Positions 19,159 through 28,499 of a DNA stretch of 64,000 nucleotides are shown in pieces. The stretch is from a bacterium HR19 (GTDB lineage: Bacteria; Calescibacteriota; Calescibacteriia; Calescibacteriales; Calescibacteriaceae). The notes under the pieces are model-generated. The model was not told the origin of the DNA. It was given only the letters and a program-made list of their open reading frames with translations, and searched no databases. The stretch's first letter is position 1; each line of letters starts with the position of its first letter. Location of the stretch: assembly GCA_002898315.1 (NCBI GenBank), contig BEHV01000002.1:92145-156144 (forward strand), written 5' to 3'. A program made the translations under genes and the position numbers.

Positions 19159-19611
19159 ATGGCTTCAAGCGAAGGACTGGGCATTGATAGAAAAAAGGCA
19201 GAGGAAATTATCAGAATTCTTAGCGATATTCTCGCAAATGAATTTGTTCTTTATGTAAAAGCCAGAAATTATCACTGGAATGTTGTAGGAATGAACTTTA
19301 TAGAACTTCACAAGCTATTTGAAAAAATCTATGAAGAGTTAAACGAATTTGTAGATGATATAGCAGAGAGAATAAGGACTCTTGGTGGTCATCCCCCATC
19401 TACTCTGAAAGAGTTTTTAGAACTTGCGAAATTAAAAGAGCATCCTGGGACTTATCCTGATGCAAAAACGATGATAAAGAATCTTCTTGAAGACCACGAA
19501 TTCATAATAAAGGAGGTTGATAAGGCAGATATTGGAACTGCTGACCTTCTCACAGAAATTTTGCGTTCGCACGAAAAAACCGCCTGGATGCTCCGCTCAC
19601 TTTTAGGATAA
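19159..19611 (+). CDS. dps: Dps-family ferritin-like DNA-protection protein
   Basis: NYHWNVVGMNFIELHKLFE...DDIAERIRTLGG. The ORF opens at a TTG at 19114; I prefer the ATG at 19159. Confidence 0.85.
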   Translation: MASSEGLGIDRKKAEEIIRILSDILANEFVLYVKARNYHWNVVGMNFIELHKLFEKIYEELNEFVDDIAERIRTLGGHPPSTLKEFLELAKLKEHPGTYPDAKTMIKNLLEDHEFIIKEVDKADIGTADLLTEILRSHEKTAWMLRSLLG

Positions 19612-19659
19612 AACTTAAAAATAACTAAATCCTTACACTCAAATGTAAATTTCCTAACT

Positions 19660-20643
19660 ATGGAGTCAAAAACAAAAACAACTTTACGAAAATTTTTCCT
19701 TCCGTTTATTTTTGCACTTTTGGGCTCATCTTGCATATACAACATAGATTTAGGCATAAGAGGTTATGCTCCTTTGAGCGAGGTCACTCTTCTTGGCGAA
19801 GGAAAAGAAAAAATTCTGCTTATAAATATCTCGGGAGTCATAAGCTGGGAAGATATAAGAGAAAGCAGAGGATTATTCACTGTTTCAGAGCCATCAATCG
19901 TTTCACGAATAAGAGAAGAACTTGATAAAGCTGAAAAAGACCAAAATATAAAGGCAATTGTGTTTAAGGTCTCTTCACCGGGAGGTCTTGTATCCGCTTC
20001 GGAAGCGATATACAACGAAATAAAAAACTTCAAGGAAAAGAAAAAGATTCCAATTGTCGCATATATATCAACTTTGGGAGTGTCAGGCTCATACTATGTT
20101 ATACTTCCATCAGATAAAATAGTGGCAAATCCAGCTTCTACTGTGGGGTCAATAGGGGTTTATGCGATGAAATTGAATGTTGAAAAGTTAGCAGATAAAG
20201 TAGGAGTAGAGTTTGAGATTGTCAAGGGTGGAGCTCATAAAGATATGCTTCTTTTCCACAGGAAAATGACAGAAGAAGAGAGAGAGAAGTTTCAAAAACT
20301 CATAGACTACTACTATGATATTTTCAAAAAGAGAGTTGTTGAGTGGCGAGGAAACAAGCTCAAAAAACCAATAGATGAGATAGCAGATGGCATTGTTTTT
20401 TCACCAGAAACCGCTCTTTCTCTTGGACTCATAGACGAGATAGGAGATATTTACAAAGCAATTGATTCCGCTGCGAAAATCGCCGGATTGAAAAGCTGGA
20501 AGCTTATCTCATACACTCGCAAAGGACAAAATCTCCCTTCTATATGGACAGAAACTTACGGGAAACACGACCTATCAGTCATAAAAAACATCTTAAATTA
20601 CGGAGAATTCTTAATACTTTACATCTGGCCGGGAGAACTCTGA
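19660..20643 (+). CDS. sppA: Signal peptide peptidase SppA (36K type)
   Basis: Lipoprotein-like LLGSSC, SSPGGLVSASEAIY, and the GVSGSYY serine segment. Confidence 0.85.
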   Translation: MESKTKTTLRKFFLPFIFALLGSSCIYNIDLGIRGYAPLSEVTLLGEGKEKILLINISGVISWEDIRESRGLFTVSEPSIVSRIREELDKAEKDQNIKAIVFKVSSPGGLVSASEAIYNEIKNFKEKKKIPIVAYISTLGVSGSYYVILPSDKIVANPASTVGSIGVYAMKLNVEKLADKVGVEFEIVKGGAHKDMLLFHRKMTEEEREKFQKLIDYYYDIFKKRVVEWRGNKLKKPIDEIADGIVFSPETALSLGLIDEIGDIYKAIDSAAKIAGLKSWKLISYTRKGQNLPSIWTETYGKHDLSVIKNILNYGEFLILYIWPGEL

Positions 20644-20673
20644 TTCTCTTTTGTTTTAGATTTTGATTCTGCT

Positions 20674-21126
20674 GTGGAAGACCTTTCAAAAATATTATCT
20701 TTAATACACGAGAAGGTTGTAAGTTCTGGATTTGAGCTTTATGACATTGAGATAAAAGATGCGGGAAGCAGATTGATTATAAGGGTCTTCATAGATAAAA
20801 AATTTGGTTTTATAAGCATAAGAGATTGTGTTTATGTTTCGCGGATTCTTGAACCTTTTCTTGAAAGCATGATAGACCGTAGTTTCACTCTTGAAGTATC
20901 TTCTCCCGGAGCTGATAGAGAGCTGAAAAAAGATGATGACTTTGAACGCTTCAAGGGGATGAATGTTGAGATATTGAAAAAGAATGGACAGAGATTTGTT
21001 GGAAAACTTATGGGAAAAGTTGGAGACGAAGTGTTTATTATGATAGATGATAAAGGAAAGAAGGGGAGAGTTTTTTCATTCAAACTTGCAGAGATAAACA
21101 AAGTTAAACTATACCCAAAAATATAA
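20674..21126 (+). CDS. rimP: Ribosome maturation factor RimP
   Basis: 150 aa. SGFELYDIEI...RVFIDK...LEVSSPGADREL. GTG start. Confidence 0.8.
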   Translation: MEDLSKILSLIHEKVVSSGFELYDIEIKDAGSRLIIRVFIDKKFGFISIRDCVYVSRILEPFLESMIDRSFTLEVSSPGADRELKKDDDFERFKGMNVEILKKNGQRFVGKLMGKVGDEVFIMIDDKGKKGRVFSFKLAEINKVKLYPKI

Positions 21127-21195
21127 GAATGTCTTGATAGAACACTTTTTGAGTTTTTCTTATTCTTTTTTCGGTTTTTTATTTTTCTATTTTTC

Positions 21196-22104
21196 ATGCG
21201 GTCTTTTGATAGGTTCAAGCTTTTCAATTTTTTGGACTACCTTTCCCTTTTTATTTCGTTTCTTTCCCTTGCTCTGCTGTGGTCTTTTCTTATTGCTGTT
21301 ACGCTTGATGTTTTTTCAGATGGATTAAAGAGGCTCGGGAAAGATTTCTTTTTTTCCTTTCCTTCACGCAGACCTGAAAATGCCGGAATATTTTCTGCGT
21401 GGGTTGGAACACTTGCTGTAATATCAGTAGCATTTCCGTTTTCTTTTTTATTAGGAGTTCTCGGTGGAATATACCTTGAAGAATACGCAAAGAGAAATAT
21501 CATAACGAGGATAATTGAGGTGAACATAAATAATCTTTCTGCTGTTCCTTCAATAATTTATGGTTTGCTTGCGGTTGGACTTTTCGCACAGGTTATGAGA
21601 TTTGGGGAAAGCATTCTGACCGCTGGGCTGACTCTTGGAGTTCTCATGCTACCTATAATAGTAATCACAACCCGTGAAGCAATAAGAACAGTCCCCCCTT
21701 ACATAAAAGAAGCTTCTTACTCCCTCGGAAGTACAAAATGGGAAACAATAAAACACCATGTTCTCCCTTATTCTTTTCCGGGGATTATAACAGGGGTTAT
21801 TATAGCTTTGAGCCGTGCTATTGGAGAGACCGCTCCTCTTATCACTGTTGGTGCATTAACATTTATCTCTTTTCTGCCTCCTTCTCCTCTAAAACCAGAA
21901 TTTCCATTTTTGTCTTTTGAGTGGCTTAAATCTCCTTTTACTGTTCTACCTATTCAGATGTTCAACTGGGTCTCCCGTCCGCAGAAAGCTTTTCATTATA
22001 ACGCTGCCGCTACTGGAGTTGTTCTGATCTCAATAACTTTCATCTTGATAATCATCGCCTCAATAATAAGGTATCGCTTCAGAAAAAGAGTTATATCTCT
22101 TTGA
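21196..22104 (+). CDS. pstA: Phosphate ABC transporter permease PstA
   Basis: FPSRRPENAGIFSAWVGTL and the EAA loop EASYSLGSTKWETIKHHVLP. Six TM segments. Confidence 0.85.
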   Translation: MRSFDRFKLFNFLDYLSLFISFLSLALLWSFLIAVTLDVFSDGLKRLGKDFFFSFPSRRPENAGIFSAWVGTLAVISVAFPFSFLLGVLGGIYLEEYAKRNIITRIIEVNINNLSAVPSIIYGLLAVGLFAQVMRFGESILTAGLTLGVLMLPIIVITTREAIRTVPPYIKEASYSLGSTKWETIKHHVLPYSFPGIITGVIIALSRAIGETAPLITVGALTFISFLPPSPLKPEFPFLSFEWLKSPFTVLPIQMFNWVSRPQKAFHYNAAATGVVLISITFILIIIASIIRYRFRKRVISL

Positions 22105-22189
22105 CAAGATTTTTTCTACGGCTTTTGAGATCAGAGAAAAATAAATGAAAAATGAGAATATTTCAGAAAACATTTAAGATTACTACTTT

Positions 22190-23458
22190 ATGAAAACCGA
22201 AGGAGTCAATTTGAATCCACCCGAAGATATAAGGAGTATTATAGATTCTCTGTTCAAGTTCATAGATACTGAAATCGTCCCTCTTGAAAAAGAGAACAAA
22301 AAGTATCTTGATAATGAAGCAGATATGTATGAGCCCTCTGGCTATCTGAAAAAAGAAGTTATTGAACTCAGGAAGTATGTCAGAAAAAAATCCGCATCAG
22401 CAGGTTTTCTCAGTATGTTTGTCCCTGAAAGTTTAGGGGGTATGGGGCTTGGTCCTCTTGCATCTGTCTATATAAACATAGCGCTCCACGCAAGGTATGG
22501 TCCCGGCAGACCTCTCATAACCCCCGGCAAAGGTTTGCTTATAACTCCTCTGATTTCTGGTTTTGTAGATGGTCCTTCGCCAGTTATAGAGGAGATGTCA
22601 GATGAGCTGAAAAAAGCTTATCTGCCACTGCTTTTGAGTGGAGATAAGACACTTTGTTTTGCTCTTTCTGAGCCAGAGGCGGGTTCTGATATATGGTCTC
22701 TCAAAACTCGTGCGGAAAAGAGAGGAAAAAGCTGGGTGATAAATGGTTTAAAGCAGTGGATAACCAACGGTCCATATGCTGATTTTGCTGTTGTTTTTGC
22801 GGTTACAGACCCTGATATGCTGAAGCAGAGAAAAGGGGGAATAACCGCTTTCTTTGTTGAAAAAGAAAGGGGCTGGAAAGTTCAATCGGTTATTCCGTAT
22901 CTTGGGCACTTCGGCTCCGATACCGCAATTCTTTCGTTTGACAATGTTGAAGTTCCTGAAAGTCATATTATAGGTGAGGTCAATGTGGGATTTTTCAAGG
23001 CAATGCAAGGAATAGACATAGGGCGTTTGGCAATAGGGGCAATTTGTGCTGGACTTTCGGAATGGGCTTTGAACGAATCTATTGAATACTCAAAGCAAAG
23101 GAAAGCGTTTGGAAATCCAATATCAGAGTATCAAGCCATACAGTTTATGTTAGCTGATAGTTATATTGATACATATACTTCACAGGTTCTTGCAATTCAC
23201 TGCGGGTGGAAAGCTGAAAATTCTGACACTTTACCTGTGAAAGAGATATCATCGGTCAAAGCTTATTGTGTTGAAGCGTGTCAGCGCGTTTTTGATAGAG
23301 CAATACAGATATTCGGTGGTATGGGGCTTACCAACGAGCTGAGATTACAAGATGGTTGGCGGCTTGCCAGAACTTATAGAATCCCAGATGGAACTTCTGA
23401 AATCCAGAGGAGAACAATCGCACGGAGATTGCTCAAAGGCGATACAAAAATTCTATAA
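22190..23458 (+). CDS. Acyl-CoA dehydrogenase
   Basis: ALSEPEAGSD, WITNG and QIFGGMGL motifs. Confidence 0.85.
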   Translation: MKTEGVNLNPPEDIRSIIDSLFKFIDTEIVPLEKENKKYLDNEADMYEPSGYLKKEVIELRKYVRKKSASAGFLSMFVPESLGGMGLGPLASVYINIALHARYGPGRPLITPGKGLLITPLISGFVDGPSPVIEEMSDELKKAYLPLLLSGDKTLCFALSEPEAGSDIWSLKTRAEKRGKSWVINGLKQWITNGPYADFAVVFAVTDPDMLKQRKGGITAFFVEKERGWKVQSVIPYLGHFGSDTAILSFDNVEVPESHIIGEVNVGFFKAMQGIDIGRLAIGAICAGLSEWALNESIEYSKQRKAFGNPISEYQAIQFMLADSYIDTYTSQVLAIHCGWKAENSDTLPVKEISSVKAYCVEACQRVFDRAIQIFGGMGLTNELRLQDGWRLARTYRIPDGTSEIQRRTIARRLLKGDTKIL

Positions 23459-23498
23459 AAGTTAAATGGAATGTTTAAATTTTTTTATAGATTTTTGC

Positions 23499-23570
23499 GG
23501 GGCCGTAGCTCAGAGGGAGAGCGCCGGTATGGCACGCCGGAGGTCGGGGGTTCAAATCCCCTCGGCTCCA
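23499..23570 (+). tRNA. tRNA-Ala (anticodon GGC), CCA not encoded
   Basis: Hand-folded cloverleaf: acceptor GGGGCCG/CGGCTCC with the G3:U70 Ala identity pair, anticodon loop AT-GGC-AC, and T-loop TTCAAAT. Confidence 0.9.
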
Positions 23571-23583
23571 CAAAACCCCTCTT

Positions 23584-24123
23584 ATGTCTGCACTAACCAT
23601 ATATAAGAAAACGGGAGCAGTTAGATTCTCAGCTGACCCGCTACGCGGAGTAATCTTTGTCTCATTCGCAAGACCTCTTGACAGAAAAACATCAGAAGGA
23701 CAGGAAACTCAAAAGGGAAGAAGAAAATACAGATGGGAAGAAAAAGTTACTATCGCGCTTGACCCATCGGAAGCATCAATAATAGGCGCTTTCGCAAGGT
23801 TGGTCCTATCCGGAAATCCTCCGCAAAAAAACCCTGTGATACACCATACACCAGAAAAATTTGGTAAAAAAGGTCCCGAAAAAACTATAAGAATAGATAG
23901 AAAAGGAGAAGCTTTCTCGCTTGAAATAGAAGTGAGAGGTGAAAAGATAACCGTGGGTCCAGTTGGTTTTTCAGATTTTTATCTTATAGACGCGTTTTTG
24001 ACAAGGTTTATTCCAGACATTCTTCCGAAACCTCGTATCGCTGTTCCTCCGTCTGTTGAAGCCGAAGTACCAAGAGAAGAATCAACAGAAGAAGTTGAAG
24101 CTCCCGAAGAGATACTCTTCTGA
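23584..24123 (+). CDS. Whirly-like (Whirly/PC4-superfamily) putative ssDNA-binding protein with acidic C-terminal tail
   Basis: 179 aa. By-eye alignment to plant Whirly: IYKKTGAV (cf. IYKGKAAL), IFVSFA...YRWEEKVTIALDPSEASII (cf. LQFAP...YDWSRKQVFSLSVTEIGSII), HHTPEK (cf. HDPNKG), FYLIDAFLTRFIP (cf. FAVLVSAFNFVMP). The tail is EESTEEVEAPEEILF. Confidence 0.45.
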   Translation: MSALTIYKKTGAVRFSADPLRGVIFVSFARPLDRKTSEGQETQKGRRKYRWEEKVTIALDPSEASIIGAFARLVLSGNPPQKNPVIHHTPEKFGKKGPEKTIRIDRKGEAFSLEIEVRGEKITVGPVGFSDFYLIDAFLTRFIPDILPKPRIAVPPSVEAEVPREESTEEVEAPEEILF

Positions 24124-24129
24124 ACTTTT

Positions 24130-25059
24130 TTATTTTTCCAGTGTTTCTTGGATAGCGCTTTTTATCTCTTGATATTTGAACTCAAAATTTTTTGAGATCA
24201 GAAATTTCGGAACTACCCTTTGACTTATCTTTATCGTCTCCTTTACAAAATCACTTCCCATCGCTACCGAAAGAAGAAAATCGGGAACAGGAAGTATGAA
24301 TTTTCTACCTGTATGTTGTGATAGTTCTTTTACTATCTCTTTGGCTTTTGCTGGTTTAGGCGAGCAAAGATTAAAAATAATGAGATTTTCCCCTTCTCCG
24401 AAAAACTTTTCTCTTTCACTCGCTATAAATTCAAAGCAATTTATGACATCTTCTATATGAACCCAAGAAATATAGTTTTCTCCTTTGCCGAACGGGTTGG
24501 CTACTATTGGTATTATTGGGGGTAGTTGGTATTTTATGAACTTTGCTTCTTTGCTGATTACTACTCCTATTCTTGCTATTGCGGTTTTTATCCCATACTC
24601 CCCAGCTTTTTTGGCAGATTTTTCCCACATATCGCACACATCAGATAAAAATATGTTCCCTTTCGGATGACTTTCTTCTACTTCTTTTTCTCCCGTGTCT
24701 CCGTAGTATCCTACCGCAGAAGCTGAGATGAATAAATCTGCGGAAAGATTTTTTGCTAACTCAACCATCTTTTCTGTTGATTCCACACGGCTTTTTATTA
24801 TTTTCTCCTTTGTCTTTTTAGTCCATCTTTGACCTATGTTCTCTCCTGCAAGATTTATAAGCGTAATCTTCTCATCCTTTTTCAATTCATTTACTATTTT
24901 TGTTATTTCAGGTAGGTCGTTCCAGTTCAGAAATATTCTGTTATTTTCTTTTTTTGATTGTTTTCTTGTCAGCATTATCAAAGTGTTTTCAGGTTTTGAA
25001 ATTCTTTTTATAAGATAAGAGCCAATGCTTCCAGTCCCGCCAGATATTATAAATATCAT
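24130..25059 (-). CDS. TIGR01777/YfcH-type NAD-dependent epimerase-family protein
   Basis: ISGGTGSIGSYL Rossmann motif, length about 300 aa, and a C-terminal DUF1731-like region. Confidence 0.75.
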   Translation of the reverse strand: MIFIISGGTGSIGSYLIKRISKPENTLIMLTRKQSKKENNRIFLNWNDLPEITKIVNELKKDEKITLINLAGENIGQRWTKKTKEKIIKSRVESTEKMVELAKNLSADLFISASAVGYYGDTGEKEVEESHPKGNIFLSDVCDMWEKSAKKAGEYGIKTAIARIGVVISKEAKFIKYQLPPIIPIVANPFGKGENYISWVHIEDVINCFEFIASEREKFFGEGENLIIFNLCSPKPAKAKEIVKELSQHTGRKFILPVPDFLLSVAMGSDFVKETIKISQRVVPKFLISKNFEFKYQEIKSAIQETLEK

Positions 25060-25092
25060 TTTTAAGCATTTTTGTTTTTATAATTTATAGTT

Positions 25093-26496
25093 ATGAGAAA
25101 TTCAAGAAAGTTGCAGAAGATAAAGGAGATAGTAAATTCGGTGAGGTGGCATGAGGTCAAAGAAGAAGCGATAGAACTTTTGAGAAAGCTTATAAGAATA
25201 GACACAACAAATCCTCCGGGAAATGAAAGAGAAGCGGCAGAACTTCTTTCAAAGTATTTTTCAGAATATGGTGTAGAATCTCAAATTGTTGAGTCAGAAC
25301 CACAAAGGAGCAGTGTGATTGCGAATCTGAAAGGCAAAAAAGATTTGAAGCCGCTCATCCTTTTGAGCCATCTTGATGTTGTTCCTGCTAACCCATCTGA
25401 GTGGAGATTTCCTCCTTTTTCAGGAGAGATAAAAGACGGATATATTTGGGGTAGAGGAGCAATAGATTGCAAGGGGCTTGCAGTTGTGGAAGCGGTCGCG
25501 ATGAACCTTATAAAGAGGGCGGGTATAAAACCAGATAGAGGAATAAAATTCATCTCCGTTGCAGATGAAGAGATGGGAGGAGAAAAAGGGGCAAAATATG
25601 TCGTTGAAAACTTGGATATAGATGGTTTCGGAGTTCTGAATGAGGGGGGAACAGGTGTAGTGCTCGGAAATAGAAAAATTTACATGCCATGCTTCGGTGA
25701 AAAAGGTCCGCTCTGGCTCAGAATAAAAGCTAAGGGTAAGCCGGGACACGCATCTATGCCTCATAAAGATAATCCCAACCTCATTCTCATTCAAGCTCTT
25801 TATAAAATCTTGAAATCAGACCTCGGCAGAAAACTTTCGGATGGATTTATAAGGTCTGCTAAATTCTACCTTATTGATAATAAAAAATCTCTGTCTGGGC
25901 TGAAAATTTTTTTCTCTCTCGTTGAAAAATCTGATTTTGCAAAAGAGATTTTGGGTAAAGCTCTCTCATCGCTATTTTATATGCTCAATAAAAACAAACT
26001 TTCTGCTATGTTTTCAAATACTTTGAGCGTCACCATAATGAAATCAGGGTATAAAGAAAATGTTATTCCAGAGGAAGCGGATGCTGTGCTTGATATAAGG
26101 ATTCTGCCAGGATACGACCACGATGAACTTATAGAGAAAATGAGAAAGATTGTTGATGACCCACGGGTGAGTTTTGAAATAATTTCTGTTTATGAACCGT
26201 CTCAATCAGACCCTGTATCTGATTTTATGATGATGCTAAAAGAGGCAACCTCTGCTGTTTTTCCAAGCACTTTTTTCCCAATCCTCGCAACTGGCTTTAC
26301 AGATTCAAGATTTTTCAGAAAAAAAGGAATACCAGCATACGGCTTTCTGCCTTTCTTCCTCACAGATGAAGACCTCTCAACTATGCATGGTATAGATGAA
26401 AGAATATCAATAGAGAATATAGAGTTGGGTCTAAAACTCATGTTAGCAATAATTCTTCATATTTGCACAGAAGAGAATTCTCTGCCGGGGCTTTGA
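25093..26496 (+). CDS. M20-family metallopeptidase/deacylase
   Basis: SHLDVVP, GRGAIDCKG and DEEMGG metal-binding motifs. Confidence 0.8.
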   Translation: MRNSRKLQKIKEIVNSVRWHEVKEEAIELLRKLIRIDTTNPPGNEREAAELLSKYFSEYGVESQIVESEPQRSSVIANLKGKKDLKPLILLSHLDVVPANPSEWRFPPFSGEIKDGYIWGRGAIDCKGLAVVEAVAMNLIKRAGIKPDRGIKFISVADEEMGGEKGAKYVVENLDIDGFGVLNEGGTGVVLGNRKIYMPCFGEKGPLWLRIKAKGKPGHASMPHKDNPNLILIQALYKILKSDLGRKLSDGFIRSAKFYLIDNKKSLSGLKIFFSLVEKSDFAKEILGKALSSLFYMLNKNKLSAMFSNTLSVTIMKSGYKENVIPEEADAVLDIRILPGYDHDELIEKMRKIVDDPRVSFEIISVYEPSQSDPVSDFMMMLKEATSAVFPSTFFPILATGFTDSRFFRKKGIPAYGFLPFFLTDEDLSTMHGIDERISIENIELGLKLMLAIILHICTEENSLPGL

Positions 26497-26516
26497 AAAA
26501 CCTATCGTTTGAAAAT

Positions 26517-27668
26517 TTACCTTCTCAACCTGCTTACGATTTTTTTGATTTTCTCCACCGTATAGTATATATCGTCTTCTTTCGTGAAGAGCCCAAATGA
26601 AAACCTTATTGAGCTTTGAGCTTCTTCTTGTGAAAGTCCCATAGCCATAAGAACGTGTGAAGGAGTTTTTGACTCAGCTGAGCAGGCGGAACCGATAGAT
26701 ACCGCAATACCTTCAAGGTCAAGAGCCATAAGAAGTGTCTCTCCTTCTATCCCCTTGAATAATACATTTGATGTTGTAGGAATTCTGAACTCGGGATGTC
26801 CATTTATTTTTGTTCCATCTATCTCAAGGATCATTTCCTCAAAAATTCTTTGGATTTTTCTAAGGCGTCTCATTTCTTCTTCTCTTTCGTTTTCGCATAG
26901 TTCCAGTGCCTTGGCTATACCAACCGCTCCGGAAACATTCTGAGTTCCAGCTCTTAACCCATCTTCTTGCTTGCCACCGTGAAGCAATGGCTCAAGCGGT
27001 GTCTGTTTTCTTATGAAAAGCACTCCTATACCTTTTGGACCATATATTTTGTGTCCCGAGAATACCGCAAAATCTGCTCCGATTTCTTTCAGGTTTATGC
27101 GAACCTTCCCGACCCCCTGAACTATATCTGTATGGAAAAGAACATCGTTCTCTTTGGCTATTTTTGCTATTTCTTCTACCGGCATTATCACTCCTGTCTC
27201 GTTATTCACAAGCATTACAGAAATAAGAGATGGTTTACCGTTCTTTTTTATCGCTTTCCGAAAATCATCTGGGTCGGGAAGCCCGTAACTATCAACACCT
27301 ATAAGTTCAACTTTTGCTCCCATTTCTCTTGCGAATTCTAATGGCCTCAGAACCGAGCTGTGTTCAACTTTTGTTGATATGATAAAGGGAGTTCTGCCTT
27401 TTTTCATTTCATAAAAAACTATTCCTTTTATAACTGTGTTGTTTCCTTCGGTTGCTCCAGAATTGAAGATTATCTCGTGTATATCTGCTTCAATAAGTTC
27501 TGCTATCTTTTCCCTTGCAGAATCTAATGCAGATTTTGCTTCTCTGCCAGACCAGTGGGGTGATGATGGATTCCCAACATTGAGATACTTTATCATCTCT
27601 TCTGCTACTTCTTCTCTCAGAGGGGTTGTAGCGTTGTAATCTAAGTAAACAAATCTTTTTTCCTCCAT
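26517..27668 (-). CDS. Cysteine desulfurase (NifS/IscS class)
   Basis: YLDYNATTP, PLP-lysine SGHKIYGPKGIG, and the active-site SIGSACSA. Confidence 0.9.
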   Translation of the reverse strand: MEEKRFVYLDYNATTPLREEVAEEMIKYLNVGNPSSPHWSGREAKSALDSAREKIAELIEADIHEIIFNSGATEGNNTVIKGIVFYEMKKGRTPFIISTKVEHSSVLRPLEFAREMGAKVELIGVDSYGLPDPDDFRKAIKKNGKPSLISVMLVNNETGVIMPVEEIAKIAKENDVLFHTDIVQGVGKVRINLKEIGADFAVFSGHKIYGPKGIGVLFIRKQTPLEPLLHGGKQEDGLRAGTQNVSGAVGIAKALELCENEREEEMRRLRKIQRIFEEMILEIDGTKINGHPEFRIPTTSNVLFKGIEGETLLMALDLEGIAVSIGSACSAESKTPSHVLMAMGLSQEEAQSSIRFSFGLFTKEDDIYYTVEKIKKIVSRLRR

Positions 27669-27778
27669 CTTTTTATTCCTGACCTAATTTATTTTAGGGT
27701 TTTTTGATGCAAAAATTTCGTTTATCACATATATATCTGAACACATTTTTGGTTGAGATTTTTTAAAATATAGCTTAT

Positions 27779-28495
27779 ATGTCTGCTCTTTTGTTTTCGG
27801 TGTTGATACTGTCTACTGGCTATCCGCATCTTTTTTCAGACCACTCTGTGAGTAATAGATTTGGAGTTCTGTCTTTTGTATCGTGGAGAAAGCTCACTGG
27901 CTATCAGCCGTATCTTGCGCTATCATTTTTTGGAGAAGCCGAGTTTTTAAAAATGTTTGGTCTGAGATTAGATTTTCCTTTCGGATATGATTTAAAAAGG
28001 AGCATTCTTAAGTTTTCAGATTTTTCTGCTGACCTCAAATTTAATCCTGTTGACCTTGTATTTTCTCCCACCTTTATACTTTCTTTTGAGTTTCCAACAG
28101 GAAGCACTCCTTTTTCACAGAGAAGAATAGTTATAAGTCCGCAAGCTTATTTTAAGTTTGATGTTGCGGTTTTGAAATTGGACTTTATTTTGGGAGCAAA
28201 TTTTTCTCCTGAAAGAAAAGAAGATGTAAATATTCTTTATCCACATACAACGAAGAACGAAGTGTTTTTATTTTCTGGGTACTTTTTTGATGTCGTGCCC
28301 AAGATTTTTTCTGCTGGTTTGAGGATTGGTGGTATATATGAAGATTTCAGGTATTTTGTCTTTCAACCTTCTGCTCACCTCGTTTTATCTGCTTTATTTT
28401 TAGATTTTGATGTTTTTGGTGTGGGTAATTTTGGACAGAGCGGAAATGTCAGGCACGGCTACGAGCTCGGAGGATTTCTCTCCTTCAAATTCTGA
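27779..28495 (+). CDS. Putative outer-membrane beta-barrel protein
   Basis: Alternating hydrophobic pattern throughout, rich in aromatic residues and glycine, with C-terminal ...GGFLSFKF (terminal Phe typical of OMPs). Confidence 0.45.
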   Translation: MSALLFSVLILSTGYPHLFSDHSVSNRFGVLSFVSWRKLTGYQPYLALSFFGEAEFLKMFGLRLDFPFGYDLKRSILKFSDFSADLKFNPVDLVFSPTFILSFEFPTGSTPFSQRRIVISPQAYFKFDVAVLKLDFILGANFSPERKEDVNILYPHTTKNEVFLFSGYFFDVVPKIFSAGLRIGGIYEDFRYFVFQPSAHLVLSALFLDFDVFGVGNFGQSGNVRHGYELGGFLSFKF

Positions 28496-28499
28496 AAAA

